A stretch of DNA of 64,000 nt, taken from the IMG/VR virus record IMGVR_UViG_3300030397_000298. One strand, given 5' to 3'. This DNA is from a virus. This document shows positions 1 to 8,271 of this stretch, one piece after another; the stretch's first letter is position 1; each line of letters begins with the position of its first letter. The translations under genes were made by a program, and so were the position numbers. The notes beneath the pieces are model-generated. The model saw only the letters and a list, made by a program, of their open reading frames with translations. It was not told the origin of the DNA and made no database searches.

Positions 1-1
1 C

Positions 2-178
2 TTTGATGATGCCATAGAACGGAATATCAAAGAACATAATAACCCATTTAAGATAGAACGCAATACCAGGGAACGGTACACTTCCCAGGAAGCCTACGAT
101 AACCGGCGTTCTAATTGGCACATATGGGCTTGTAATCTATTTGATAACGAAGCGGACGCTAGAAAAGCATTTGGGTGA
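2..178 (+). CDS. Partial hypothetical protein (5' truncated by window edge)
   Basis: Frame 2 is open from the window start to TGA at 176-178, which overlaps the GTG of the next gene (GTGA coupling). Confidence 0.6.
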   Translation, partial: FDDAIERNIKEHNNPFKIERNTRERYTSQEAYDNRRSNWHIWACNLFDNEADARKAFG

Positions 179-717
179 ATCAGTCACAAAGAACATTCTT
201 AATAGATAAGATTAAATCGAATACCAGGATAGCGGTAAAGGATCTAGAAAACTCTATTCCCAAAAGACCCAGGGTACAGGAATTTCTATTAGCTAAGATA
301 ATGGCTGATGATTTCGAGATAGCAGATAACGATACGATCAGATCCATGATAAAGGGGATGACTTCTACTACCCAGGGTAGGAAAGACTTTCTAGAAGCGG
401 GTGGTAGTAGTTGGCGTAATGATAATGAAGATGCTACCATAGAATTTAATATGGAAACCCTTTTTGTTCTTCCTGAAGAGTTCAAACAGGAATTAATGAT
501 GTACCATGAAATAGCCGGTAACGCGAACGCCAAAATAAAAGCCATAGAGCTAGAAAGTGATTCACTGATAACCAGGATACAGCTAGCATCTAATAAGATC
601 CTGGACAAGCTGATACAGGAAGTAGACGATATGGGGGACATATCGCTGATCAATACACAACTAACATTAATCGGAAGTGGCAAAAAAGATACGCCTAAAA
701 TTGGAAGTGGGGGATAG
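175..717 (+). CDS. Hypothetical protein, 180 aa
   Basis: Long ORF coupled to its neighbours; no recognisable motif. Confidence 0.75.
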   Translation: MNQSQRTFLIDKIKSNTRIAVKDLENSIPKRPRVQEFLLAKIMADDFEIADNDTIRSMIKGMTSTTQGRKDFLEAGGSSWRNDNEDATIEFNMETLFVLPEEFKQELMMYHEIAGNANAKIKAIELESDSLITRIQLASNKILDKLIQEVDDMGDISLINTQLTLIGSGKKDTPKIGSGG

Positions 718-1123
718 TTCAGATCATGCCCTAGATGCTCTTCAGTACTATATAGATAGTATGAAGGGTAAGAAGTACTTTGATCGATTGGTACAGTTCT
801 TCATGGATAAAGGGCAGTCTGAAGATGAAGCTAGATCTAGCGCCTTCAAAACTGCACAGGCCCATAAGGACCAGGGCGTACCTTCAGATCCAATAGAACG
901 CCACTTCTGGAAGGCTAGAAACTTCGGGCGTAATTACGGTATGTCAGCAGCCGAATTTAAGAAGGCCTATTATGGGAAGTGGGGCGAACCACCACAGCCC
1001 ACCTATGAAGAACTTATGGACCAATTCGGATACATACCGGAATGTTATAAGCATATGTTTGAACCGGACACTATCGATATTGACTATGAAGAAATTCAGG
1101 ACGAACAAAAATTATTAGAATGA
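677..1123 (+). CDS. Hypothetical protein with PolA motif-B-like and terminase-like short motifs
   Basis: Contains DHALDALQYY and KARNFGRNYGMS; true start uncertain. Confidence 0.6.
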   Translation: MAKKIRLKLEVGDSSDHALDALQYYIDSMKGKKYFDRLVQFFMDKGQSEDEARSSAFKTAQAHKDQGVPSDPIERHFWKARNFGRNYGMSAAEFKKAYYGKWGEPPQPTYEELMDQFGYIPECYKHMFEPDTIDIDYEEIQDEQKLLE

Positions 1124-1518
1124 TTGAGATAGGAAAAATTGTAGTTCAGACTATTGAAGATGCTTTCAATCAGGTCAGGCGGGGTAGTGAAATTGAGAGA
1201 TTAGAAAACCTGGTTATACTAGTCCCATCCCATTATACTAGCCATGTCAGGGACTACATGATAGATCTATATGATAAGACTTATGAAGGGGCGTATAGTG
1301 ACGCTGCAAAGGGCGTACATGCCCGATCTATTGAAGTAGATTATATGTACACCTGGGTAGGTTGTAAGGTCTTCCCAGGGTATGAAGATGCTGTAGTTAT
1401 CTTTGGTAAAGATTGGCTATTAATGGGGAAGGAACCTATTAAACTTCGATTGGATCATAGAACCCATAACCGGAATGTAGGAAGCTACGCTGAAGCATTG
1501 AAGAAAAAAGGATTATGA
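1120..1518 (+). CDS. Hypothetical protein, capsid A-domain-like pattern; paralog of 5960-6301
   Basis: ILVP...WVGCKVF..EDAVVIF..DW..G.EPI pattern shared with 5960-6301. Confidence 0.65.
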   Translation: MIEIGKIVVQTIEDAFNQVRRGSEIERLENLVILVPSHYTSHVRDYMIDLYDKTYEGAYSDAAKGVHARSIEVDYMYTWVGCKVFPGYEDAVVIFGKDWLLMGKEPIKLRLDHRTHNRNVGSYAEALKKKGL

Positions 1519-1697
1519 TTAGGGAAAGCGAATTAGCAAAAATAGCTACTTACCATAAGGTAGATAGCATTGCAAATAGAGCTATGAAGATCTTAAGATC
1601 TAGATATAACAGTACTTACCATTGGTGTCTAGATTGGGATCAGCTAGTAATATGTGATAAGGATCATGAATATAAATTTTGTAATTGTAATAAATAG
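1515..1697 (+). CDS. Small hypothetical protein
   Basis: ATGA overlap with upstream gene. Confidence 0.6.
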   Translation: MIRESELAKIATYHKVDSIANRAMKILRSRYNSTYHWCLDWDQLVICDKDHEYKFCNCNK

Positions 1698-1700
1698 AAC

Positions 1701-1982
1701 ATGAGTAAAGTTAAAGAACCGGCCCTAGGCCTAGAATTACGTGACGTAGTAACCGGCTTCCAGGGTATAGCTACATCAAAGATTGAATATCTGAACGGGT
1801 GCGTTCAGTATTGTGTAAAACCAAAGATGAAACCTGATTCGTCAAAGATGCCCACAGGTGAATACATAGACGTTCAGCGTCTTATAGTTTGTGGACCAGG
1901 CGTAACCGATCAGGATATAAAAGACCCAGACGGACCAGGGGGACCAGATCGAAGGGAAAGTAGTGAAGGCCCGCCCGAATAA
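1701..1982 (+). CDS. Conserved phage hypothetical protein
   Basis: RDVVTGFQGIATSKIEYLNGCVQYCVKP resembles a common small phage protein family. Confidence 0.7.
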   Translation: MSKVKEPALGLELRDVVTGFQGIATSKIEYLNGCVQYCVKPKMKPDSSKMPTGEYIDVQRLIVCGPGVTDQDIKDPDGPGGPDRRESSEGPPE

Positions 1983-2011
1983 GATTAATTTTTTACAAGT
2001 TTTTTCAATGG

Positions 2012-2055
2012 CTTCAGCCCCTAGGATCGATGGATATTAGGGGCTAAGTTTTTTT
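2012..2055 (+). terminator. Rho-independent terminator
   Basis: Stem AGCCCCTAG/TTAGGGGCT followed by a T7 run. Confidence 0.75.
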
Positions 2056-2082
2056 ATTTAAAAGTAAAAGATTACATTAGCG
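2049..2082 (+). promoter_or_regulatory. Conserved phage promoter (TAAAAGATTACATTAGCG), likely leaderless
   Basis: Near-identical to 39631-39664 and 41327-41357; TAnnTTAG box ends 4 nt before ATG 2085. Confidence 0.7.
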
Positions 2083-2084
2083 AA

Positions 2085-2369
2085 ATGATGCGGGCTATTA
2101 AACGATTCAGAGTAGCTAGGAAGATGTCACAGGCAGACCTAGCATTTAAAGCGGGGCTTAGTCAGAACTATGTCAGCCAATTAGAAAAGGGCCACAAGTC
2201 CCCCACTATCAATACGGTTTATAATTTATGTCAGGCTTTAGAAATACCTATGGGAATGATCGGGGTGTTAGCGATTACTGAAGATGATATTAAACCGGAA
2301 AAGCGGGCAGGGTTCAAAGTAATTAAACCGGCTATAGATGCCATGATAATAGAATTTTTCTTACCTTAA
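2085..2369 (+). CDS. XRE-family helix-turn-helix regulator
   Basis: RVARKMSQADLAFKAGLSQNYVSQLEKGHKSPTINTVYNLCQAL. Confidence 0.92.
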   Translation: MMRAIKRFRVARKMSQADLAFKAGLSQNYVSQLEKGHKSPTINTVYNLCQALEIPMGMIGVLAITEDDIKPEKRAGFKVIKPAIDAMIIEFFLP

Positions 2370-2387
2370 TGTGTGTAAATACGGAAG

Positions 2388-2960
2388 TTGAAAAAGGGGG
2401 AACTGTGGCGACCTATACCAGGATTTGAAGGCGAATACGAAGTATCCGAAAGCGGAATAATTAGAAGTTTGACTAGGGTAGTTTGGCGTCCTAAGTATGG
2501 ACGTAATCAGATCTACAAAGGACAGATTATAAAACCTTCGATAGTAAATGGTTATCCCAGGGTAGCGATTGGTACAGTAGGTAAACGTAGGGCGTTACTA
2601 GTTCATCGAATAGTGGGCTTCGCCTGGGTAGAAAATCCTGATCCTGATTTATACGATGTAGTCAATCATAAGGACGGCGATAAGTTGAACCCACACCGGA
2701 CGAATCTAGTATGGACGAATCACTACGGTAATCATGTCCATGCTGTAGAAAACGGATTGACAAAAAAGGATCTTAGAAAACTGTCTGAAGAAGATGTACG
2801 GGAAATTAGAAACATGTACAATAGCGGACTATTCACAATTGAAGAAATACATTCCTTACATGAAATCGTTACATTGAATACGATTAAAGATATACTAGCC
2901 TGGAAGACCTGGAAGCATTTAGTACTATTCTCTGATTTGAAATTAATCACACATAAATGA
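2388..2960 (+). CDS. NUMOD4-HNH homing endonuclease
   Basis: N-terminal ELWRPIPGFEGEYEVSESG (NUMOD4); LVHRIV, VNHKDGDKLN..TNLVW (HNH_3). Confidence 0.92.
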   Translation: MKKGELWRPIPGFEGEYEVSESGIIRSLTRVVWRPKYGRNQIYKGQIIKPSIVNGYPRVAIGTVGKRRALLVHRIVGFAWVENPDPDLYDVVNHKDGDKLNPHRTNLVWTNHYGNHVHAVENGLTKKDLRKLSEEDVREIRNMYNSGLFTIEEIHSLHEIVTLNTIKDILAWKTWKHLVLFSDLKLITHK

Positions 2961-3451
2961 AAGTAGGGAACTACCCTTTAGAAAGTCATGTAACGGCTTT
3001 GCTTATTCCGGTTATACCTAAGACCCACAGGGTACAGGGAATAAGAAACTTCTACCATGTCAAAATACAGATAGATAAGGTAGATCCTAATAAGCGGTAC
3101 CAGGTAGGTTTAACTATCAAAGATCTATTCCCTAAACCTAAGTCAGTATGTGCCTGTGGGTGTGGTAGGAAGTCTAGACGTAGATTCAAAGAATTAGAAT
3201 GTATGGAAATCTGTTATACATTCTATTACATCATAAAAGGGGATCTAGGTTTTATAGATCATGAATTAGAAAAGCGAGACGGTAGAAAGTGTGCCCGATG
3301 TGGTGGTAATCACAAATTAGAAAAGGATCACATAGTACCGGTATTCGCCGGTGGTGGTGGGTGTACCCTGGATAATTGGCAGTGGCTTTGTGATGATCCA
3401 TGTCACATTATAAAAACGAATGTAGATAATGAACTATGGAAGTCCCATTAG
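2957..3451 (+). CDS. HNH endonuclease
   Basis: CARCGG..LEKDHIVPVFAGGGGCTLDNWQWLCDDPCH; upstream CACGCG. Confidence 0.88.
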   Translation: MKVGNYPLESHVTALLIPVIPKTHRVQGIRNFYHVKIQIDKVDPNKRYQVGLTIKDLFPKPKSVCACGCGRKSRRRFKELECMEICYTFYYIIKGDLGFIDHELEKRDGRKCARCGGNHKLEKDHIVPVFAGGGGCTLDNWQWLCDDPCHIIKTNVDNELWKSH

Positions 3452-3666
3452 ATCAGAGATATTGGGTAGATGCCAGGGGTAAGAAGAAATTGATAATGTC
3501 CCTTAGTCGTAGGTACCTGGAAAATATTAGAAAGTTCTTTAGGACTAGATCTATTTATGATGAAGTCTTAGCACAACGTATAATATGGGTAGGTGACGAA
3601 TTGAAAAGGCGTGACCGGAATAATAGAAAACGTAAACAAAAATTAAAACATGAAAGCAGAAACTAA
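3436..3666 (+). CDS. Hypothetical protein
   Basis: W...G....I.SLS..YLEN pattern seen in small phage proteins. Confidence 0.6.
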   Translation: MEVPLDQRYWVDARGKKKLIMSLSRRYLENIRKFFRTRSIYDEVLAQRIIWVGDELKRRDRNNRKRKQKLKHESRN

Positions 3667-3832
3667 AGTAGTCCCATTTGGGCACCTGGTAATAGGTCCA
3701 GTAGATGAAGACGGTTATAGAAACGTAGATGTATACTCTATGGGATCGTATAGTACCACCCTGGTAATGTCCGATGATCAGATAGAAGATTATGTAGCTG
3801 ATGCCTATGAAGGTGTAGAAGAACTAGCATAG
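3650..3832 (+). CDS. Small hypothetical protein
   Basis: Acidic 60 aa ORF with A-rich upstream context. Confidence 0.6.
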   Translation: MKAETKVVPFGHLVIGPVDEDGYRNVDVYSMGSYSTTLVMSDDQIEDYVADAYEGVEELA

Positions 3833-3884
3833 TCAACTGCTTTACATTTATAGTCTTTTTTGATTATACTTAGAATTAATGTTC

Positions 3885-3892
3885 TATATTTG
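3885..3892 (+). promoter_or_regulatory. Bacteroidota -7 promoter box TATATTTG
   Basis: Perfect TAnnTTTG in an intergenic gap, ending 4 nt before ATG 3897. Confidence 0.7.
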
Positions 3893-3896
3893 AATC

Positions 3897-4133
3897 ATGA
3901 AAGAAATTACAAAATTTGTAGAAGGAAAATCTTACATGGTAAGATATATCACATCAGATCTAACCTATCCTATACAGGTTGTGAAGCGTACAGCTAAAAC
4001 GATTGTAGTTAAAGGTAGATCCCTGGATAACAAACGACTAAAGATTCAAGTATATGACGGTGCGGAATATGTATTACCATATGGTAGTTATTCTATGGCC
4101 CCTGTACTTCGATCAACTAAAGAAGCAGCATAA
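3897..4133 (+). CDS. Small hypothetical protein
   Basis: ORF directly after the promoter; beta-rich (VVKRTAKTIVV). Confidence 0.7.
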   Translation: MKEITKFVEGKSYMVRYITSDLTYPIQVVKRTAKTIVVKGRSLDNKRLKIQVYDGAEYVLPYGSYSMAPVLRSTKEAA

Positions 4134-4138
4134 CAACC

Positions 4139-4202
4139 CCATTAACCAAAAGTGGTAATGGACCGAATCGAAGGGGGTAGCGCAGGGTATGGCGTCCCCT
4201 TC
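4139..4202 (+). other. Two tandem RNA hairpins in intergenic region
   Basis: CCATTAACCA/TGGTAATGG (4139-4161) and GAAGGGG/CCCCTTC (4170-4202). Confidence 0.55.
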
Positions 4203-4228
4203 ATATTTCAAAATTAGAAAGCGTAAAA

Positions 4229-4468
4229 ATGAATTTCATTGTAATATTCCAAAGTAGACCAATCTACGCTACTAATGACATAGTAGTAGATTACTGTAAA
4301 GTAGCTAAAGGATTAGAAACTAAATCTTCATTTGTTGCTGATTGGGAGCTATGGAGACGATCACCAAATGTATTTATAAGACAAATGATTATAGGTTATG
4401 ATTTGGGTATTTGGAGATGGAACCCTATTCAGAATGATTGGGTAGGCGAATTAAAACATAACAGTTAA
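4229..4468 (+). CDS. Hypothetical protein
   Basis: ORF with AAAAATG start context. Confidence 0.65.
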   Translation: MNFIVIFQSRPIYATNDIVVDYCKVAKGLETKSSFVADWELWRRSPNVFIRQMIIGYDLGIWRWNPIQNDWVGELKHNS

Positions 4469-4470
4469 TC

Positions 4471-4761
4471 ATGAAAGAACAGATTAGGACCGCTATTAAA
4501 TCTTCCGTGAAAGAACGTAGATCAGGGCTAGCCAAAGTGTTAGCCACTGATCACGTTATAATTACAAAAGAAGAAGCCCTAGAAATGGCTACCAGGTTTT
4601 ACGATTGGTACTATGAAAAGGATAGACACGGTTTCAATACCGATGCAGAAAAGAACTTATCTAAGTCCTATGTATGGGCCGGTCTTTTCAAAAGGGCGGG
4701 CGGTACAGAAGATGAACTACGACAAATGCAGGACGATATAAAAAAGAAGTATGACACTTAA
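4471..4761 (+). CDS. Hypothetical protein
   Basis: ORF in tightly packed operon. Confidence 0.7.
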   Translation: MKEQIRTAIKSSVKERRSGLAKVLATDHVIITKEEALEMATRFYDWYYEKDRHGFNTDAEKNLSKSYVWAGLFKRAGGTEDELRQMQDDIKKKYDT

Positions 4762-4915
4762 GGAATTAGTAGAAACTGCAAAGCCTGTGGATATAGCTAC
4801 AGTCAGTAAGACCATGCAGGAAAATTCTACCAGGTATCAGACTAACCTTTTGAAGAAGGTACAAGTACTAGAGGATCTAGCGAAGTTTTACGGATATACA
4901 ATTACTGTACAATGA
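4751..4915 (+). CDS. Small hypothetical protein (54 aa, not in ORF track)
   Basis: MTLKELVETAKPVD...YTITVQ*; fills the gap and its TGA overlaps ATG 4912. Confidence 0.6.
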   Translation: MTLKELVETAKPVDIATVSKTMQENSTRYQTNLLKKVQVLEDLAKFYGYTITVQ

Positions 4916-5364
4916 ATCAAATTCAAATCAATTTGAACATTATAAAAAGGCAGGTAGAACATGCCTGGGAAACTGGATTACCCTATTTTGAATATCGATT
5001 TGCAATTCATCCAGAAGTTAGAAGACGTCTTCAGAAGGAAGGTTATTTCAGTTTTGGAGACAATGAAACTTACACTAAGGTTTATCATTGGGCGGTGTCC
5101 GGTGAATCAGAAGAAGAACGGGCCGAATGGTTACGGGAAGACGTGCAGGGGGACGATGTACTACGTTACCTGGTAAGCGGTATCTACAAGATCATCAGTA
5201 ACATGAATGAAGATCAATACACTATAACAGCGGACGGTATAGCCTGTGATTCGGATTTATTGGATTCAATGTACCAGGTATGGGAAGAACAGGTTAAATC
5301 TATGATGATGATATACGGATTATTCCATATCTTCGCTGATAATAAATCATGGCTTTATGTGTGA
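4912..5364 (+). CDS. Hypothetical protein
   Basis: 150 aa ORF coupled to neighbours. Confidence 0.7.
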   Translation: MNQIQINLNIIKRQVEHAWETGLPYFEYRFAIHPEVRRRLQKEGYFSFGDNETYTKVYHWAVSGESEEERAEWLREDVQGDDVLRYLVSGIYKIISNMNEDQYTITADGIACDSDLLDSMYQVWEEQVKSMMMIYGLFHIFADNKSWLYV

Positions 5365-5704
5365 ATTTTGCGGCGATCCAAATTGTCCAGGTAGTGACAT
5401 GACTAGGGAAATAGCAGAAGACCCTATGTTAAATGATCTTAGGGAAAAGCTAGAGCGATTAATGTACGTTAAGGATGATGAAGTTTTTCTAAATTTAGAA
5501 AAGGGGTGTGTAGTATATTCCCAATCCAATAAATATAAAATTAGAGGTCTTCAGGAACGTTTAAGATTACGTATGCAGCACATAGCTAATAGCTACGGGG
5601 CAGGGATTAGAATAATGCTTCAGCCAGACGATGACGATTTACCCGAACCAATGCGAACCGAAACAATCAATATCAAATGGTCAAAGTTTTTACAATCGGA
5701 CTAG
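5357..5704 (+). CDS. Hypothetical protein with N-terminal Cys knuckle
   Basis: MCEFCGDPNCPG. Confidence 0.65.
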   Translation: MCEFCGDPNCPGSDMTREIAEDPMLNDLREKLERLMYVKDDEVFLNLEKGCVVYSQSNKYKIRGLQERLRLRMQHIANSYGAGIRIMLQPDDDDLPEPMRTETINIKWSKFLQSD

Positions 5705-5958
5705 TACTACTTCTTTTAGGATGCGAAGATGTAGACGGCCCATGTTTAGAATGTTTTGAAAGGACTACTTCGAATGCAAATGATATTTCAATTACAAATC
5801 ATTTAGAATTTGAATTTGTATCTAATGTAAGTATAGGGGTAAAGTGTTCCCAGGAACGGCAAAGGCTTACTAGAAAATATTCTAATCCTGCATCCCCAAT
5901 AATTGAAATAGACCCACTTACAGACGTAAGGACTTTAGTAACAGTTTTATGTAGATAG
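5677..5958 (+). CDS. Small predicted lipoprotein
   Basis: MVKVFTIGLVLLLLG|CEDVDG lipobox with acidic residues after Cys. Confidence 0.75.
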   Translation: MVKVFTIGLVLLLLGCEDVDGPCLECFERTTSNANDISITNHLEFEFVSNVSIGVKCSQERQRLTRKYSNPASPIIEIDPLTDVRTLVTVLCR

Positions 5959-5959
5959 T

Positions 5960-6301
5960 ATGGGAAGGTACGATAGCCTGGTAGAAAGATTCACTGATAT
6001 TCTGGATGTCCTGAAGGATAATTTACCGTATACAGATGACAAGAAACGAAGGCGTAAAGACTTTCAAATTTACATTCCAGAATGGTACTTCGATAAGCTT
6101 GTAAAAGAGATCAGAGCGCAAAGAATGATGAATGGGCACACCCTGAAGATTACCAGGCTGAACTATTGGGGGAAGCAGCGGGTAAACTTCATTCCAGAAA
6201 ATAAGATAATTATAGCTACCTTTGATTGGCACGAAACCGGTGAAGTATTCGAAGAACCGATTACAGACGCCTTTGAATTTGCTAATACAATCCTTAAGTA
6301 A
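5960..6301 (+). CDS. Hypothetical protein, capsid A-domain-like pattern; paralog of 1120-1518
   Basis: IYIPEWYFDKLVKEI...YWGKQRVNFIPENKIII..DW..G...EPI. Confidence 0.65.
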   Translation: MGRYDSLVERFTDILDVLKDNLPYTDDKKRRRKDFQIYIPEWYFDKLVKEIRAQRMMNGHTLKITRLNYWGKQRVNFIPENKIIIATFDWHETGEVFEEPITDAFEFANTILK

Positions 6302-6486
6302 TGAGTAATCAAAATCAAGATCCCGCTAACCAGGATAGCGTTAAAAAGTACCTGGACGAGTTCGGAAATGAAATAGAAAAAGGCCTACAGGATCAGGAAG
6401 TAAAAGCTTCTGATACCAAATTATCAGCCAATACCGAACGGTTAGACAGCCCCGTAAATCCAATAAACACGGGTAGGCTGATATGA
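6301..6486 (+). CDS. Small hypothetical protein
   Basis: Start/stop overlap with neighbours. Confidence 0.55.
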   Translation: MSNQNQDPANQDSVKKYLDEFGNEIEKGLQDQEVKASDTKLSANTERLDSPVNPINTGRLI

Positions 6487-6680
6487 AAGGATTAAAAAAA
6501 TTCGTTATATCTTTATTAGGTGCAGCAGGTTTAGTATCTTTAGGTCACTTAACTGATAATGCAGATGCCCCGCCCCCTTCATGTGATGGGTACCGGTACA
6601 TCGAACCACAATCTAATAACGATGATGCGAGTAGGCAAAGACAGACCGAAAAAACGGAAGGACACGATACCGGCACCTAA
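6483..6680 (+). CDS. Small protein with signal-like N-terminus
   Basis: MKGLKKFVISLLGAAGLVSLG; ATGA coupling. Confidence 0.55.
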   Translation: MKGLKKFVISLLGAAGLVSLGHLTDNADAPPPSCDGYRYIEPQSNNDDASRQRQTEKTEGHDTGT

Positions 6681-6909
6681 GCCGGTGACAGCTTCAGCAG
6701 CGAAGATTACCAGACGTTTTCTAAAAGAAGTCAAAGACCTAGGCTTAGGCGTAGGATCAGGAAAAGACTTTATACCAGAACTTCACAATTCCCTGAAGGG
6801 TAAGATTACAGTAGATAACCTGGTATGGGCTTCCGGTTATTGTTATAGATTCGGATTTATAGAAATGGGTGATAGACTTATGGCTAGTGCCTATGATTAT
6901 TCAAATTAG
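6559..6909 (+). CDS. Hypothetical protein (true start probably a downstream Met)
   Basis: Overlaps 6483-6680 in its N-terminal part; C-terminal two thirds looks protein-like. Confidence 0.5.
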   Translation: MQMPRPLHVMGTGTSNHNLITMMRVGKDRPKKRKDTIPAPKPVTASAAKITRRFLKEVKDLGLGVGSGKDFIPELHNSLKGKITVDNLVWASGYCYRFGFIEMGDRLMASAYDYSN

Positions 6910-6914
6910 AATTT

Positions 6915-7304
6915 ATGTTAGAAGATTACGAAGTATATAAGAACCGGAAGAAAGGATTAGACGTAGGGGAACCAAAAGGTACCCCTAAGCCATTTTCAAA
7001 AACGAAGGAAGCCGAAGTATGGAACCCTTCTAATATGAAAATTAATACAGAAGTAATAGACGGGAAGAAGGTAAGTACTTTTGTAATCGATGATCAGCAG
7101 GAACCAGAAAATATAGAACTTACCGTAGACGGGCAGGGTAAGATAGTTCAGTCATTGACTAGCGAACAGTGGAATTTTGTTTGTGAACAAATTGACGATA
7201 AAGACGCGACAATAGACCTACTAAGTAATAAGACTAGATATTTTGTAATTGTGTCCTTAGTGATTGGACTAGCAATAGGTTTTACAGTGGGGATTATTTT
7301 ATAG
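6915..7304 (+). CDS. Membrane protein with C-terminal TM helix
   Basis: Ends YFVIVSLVIGLAIGFTVGIIL; contains PSNM. Confidence 0.7.
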   Translation: MLEDYEVYKNRKKGLDVGEPKGTPKPFSKTKEAEVWNPSNMKINTEVIDGKKVSTFVIDDQQEPENIELTVDGQGKIVQSLTSEQWNFVCEQIDDKDATIDLLSNKTRYFVIVSLVIGLAIGFTVGIIL

Positions 7305-7321
7305 ATAAACGGTTCTATATT

Positions 7322-7816
7322 ATGTTACCAATCAAAGCGGATCTTTGGGACACAGCCCTAGAGATTCTTTCCAAGTTAAAAAATAATCAAAGGGTAAACC
7401 TGGTAGAAAGGGTATGTACCCGATGTGGTAGAATTAAGACCGGTAATTACAATTATCGCCGGTGCAGATGTAAGCCTATAACGGGCGATCGGAAGCGATT
7501 TAATCAGGCGTTCTTAGGTGGTCCTAAATTACAATTAGGATGCATGTACAAAACGATAATTGAAGATGAACTTACGGTAGTAACTGTCATTGGAATTATC
7601 AGTTATGAAAGATTGGAATTTGTCGAAGATGACGGGATAGTAACGAAACAGTTAGTAACTTATACTGATTACGAAATGGTAGAAGATGAATACCATAGAG
7701 CGAAGCAAGAACAGAAATGTTTTCTATTGAGTAATAACCCGATTGAGTTAAGACAGTATGAAATAGATTCAGGACGAAAATTAGAAACTACAGATTTTGA
7801 AATGATAGAACAATGA
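7322..7816 (+). CDS. Hypothetical protein with Cys motifs
   Basis: CTRCG...CRC. Confidence 0.65.
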   Translation: MLPIKADLWDTALEILSKLKNNQRVNLVERVCTRCGRIKTGNYNYRRCRCKPITGDRKRFNQAFLGGPKLQLGCMYKTIIEDELTVVTVIGIISYERLEFVEDDGIVTKQLVTYTDYEMVEDEYHRAKQEQKCFLLSNNPIELRQYEIDSGRKLETTDFEMIEQ

Positions 7817-8271
7817 ACAGAAGATCAGCACTAAAAATTATACCTGCTATTCCCGTAGCGGGTTCTTCTATTTTAAAAGCTTCACTAGATCTAGCGGATA
7901 AGCGGGATAGGGTATTTGCCAAAATGGACAAGTGTATAGAGAATTGGCCGCTAGAAGTTAATGGTAAAGAATACATGTTCATGATGGACGAACAAAGCTA
8001 CTTTTTACTTATAAGTGAAATTAGAAACCATAAAGTTCTAGTATCCAGGGAAGATTACAATAATGCTAATATAGGTTTCGGGTGCCTAGGTAAGTATAGA
8101 GATCTTCCGATAGTAGTAGTTCAGTCCTGGGAACCACAAAGGATAGTCCTTAGTCATATTGAACAGTATTATAATAATCTGTACGATATGAATTTTATTC
8201 CTTATTGTGGTGTGGGCGGTGAAGCACATTCAGGAAAACAATTACTAGAACATCTAAGAAGTAATTTATAA
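7813..8271 (+). CDS. Twin-arginine-signal-like protein with capsid A-domain-like region
   Basis: MNRRSALKIIPAIPVAG; FMMDEQSYFLLISEI...GCLGKYRDLPIVVVQSWE. Confidence 0.6.
   Translation: MNRRSALKIIPAIPVAGSSILKASLDLADKRDRVFAKMDKCIENWPLEVNGKEYMFMMDEQSYFLLISEIRNHKVLVSREDYNNANIGFGCLGKYRDLPIVVVQSWEPQRIVLSHIEQYYNNLYDMNFIPYCGVGGEAHSGKQLLEHLRSNL

Noticed and set aside
2085-2369. XRE protein as a lysogeny repressor (temperate lifestyle)
   Set aside because: No divergent cro/cI switch, S24 domain, integrase or ParAB in the window
4961-5176. Plus-strand ORF nested in 4912-5364
   Set aside because: Fully overlapped alternative frame with no supporting features
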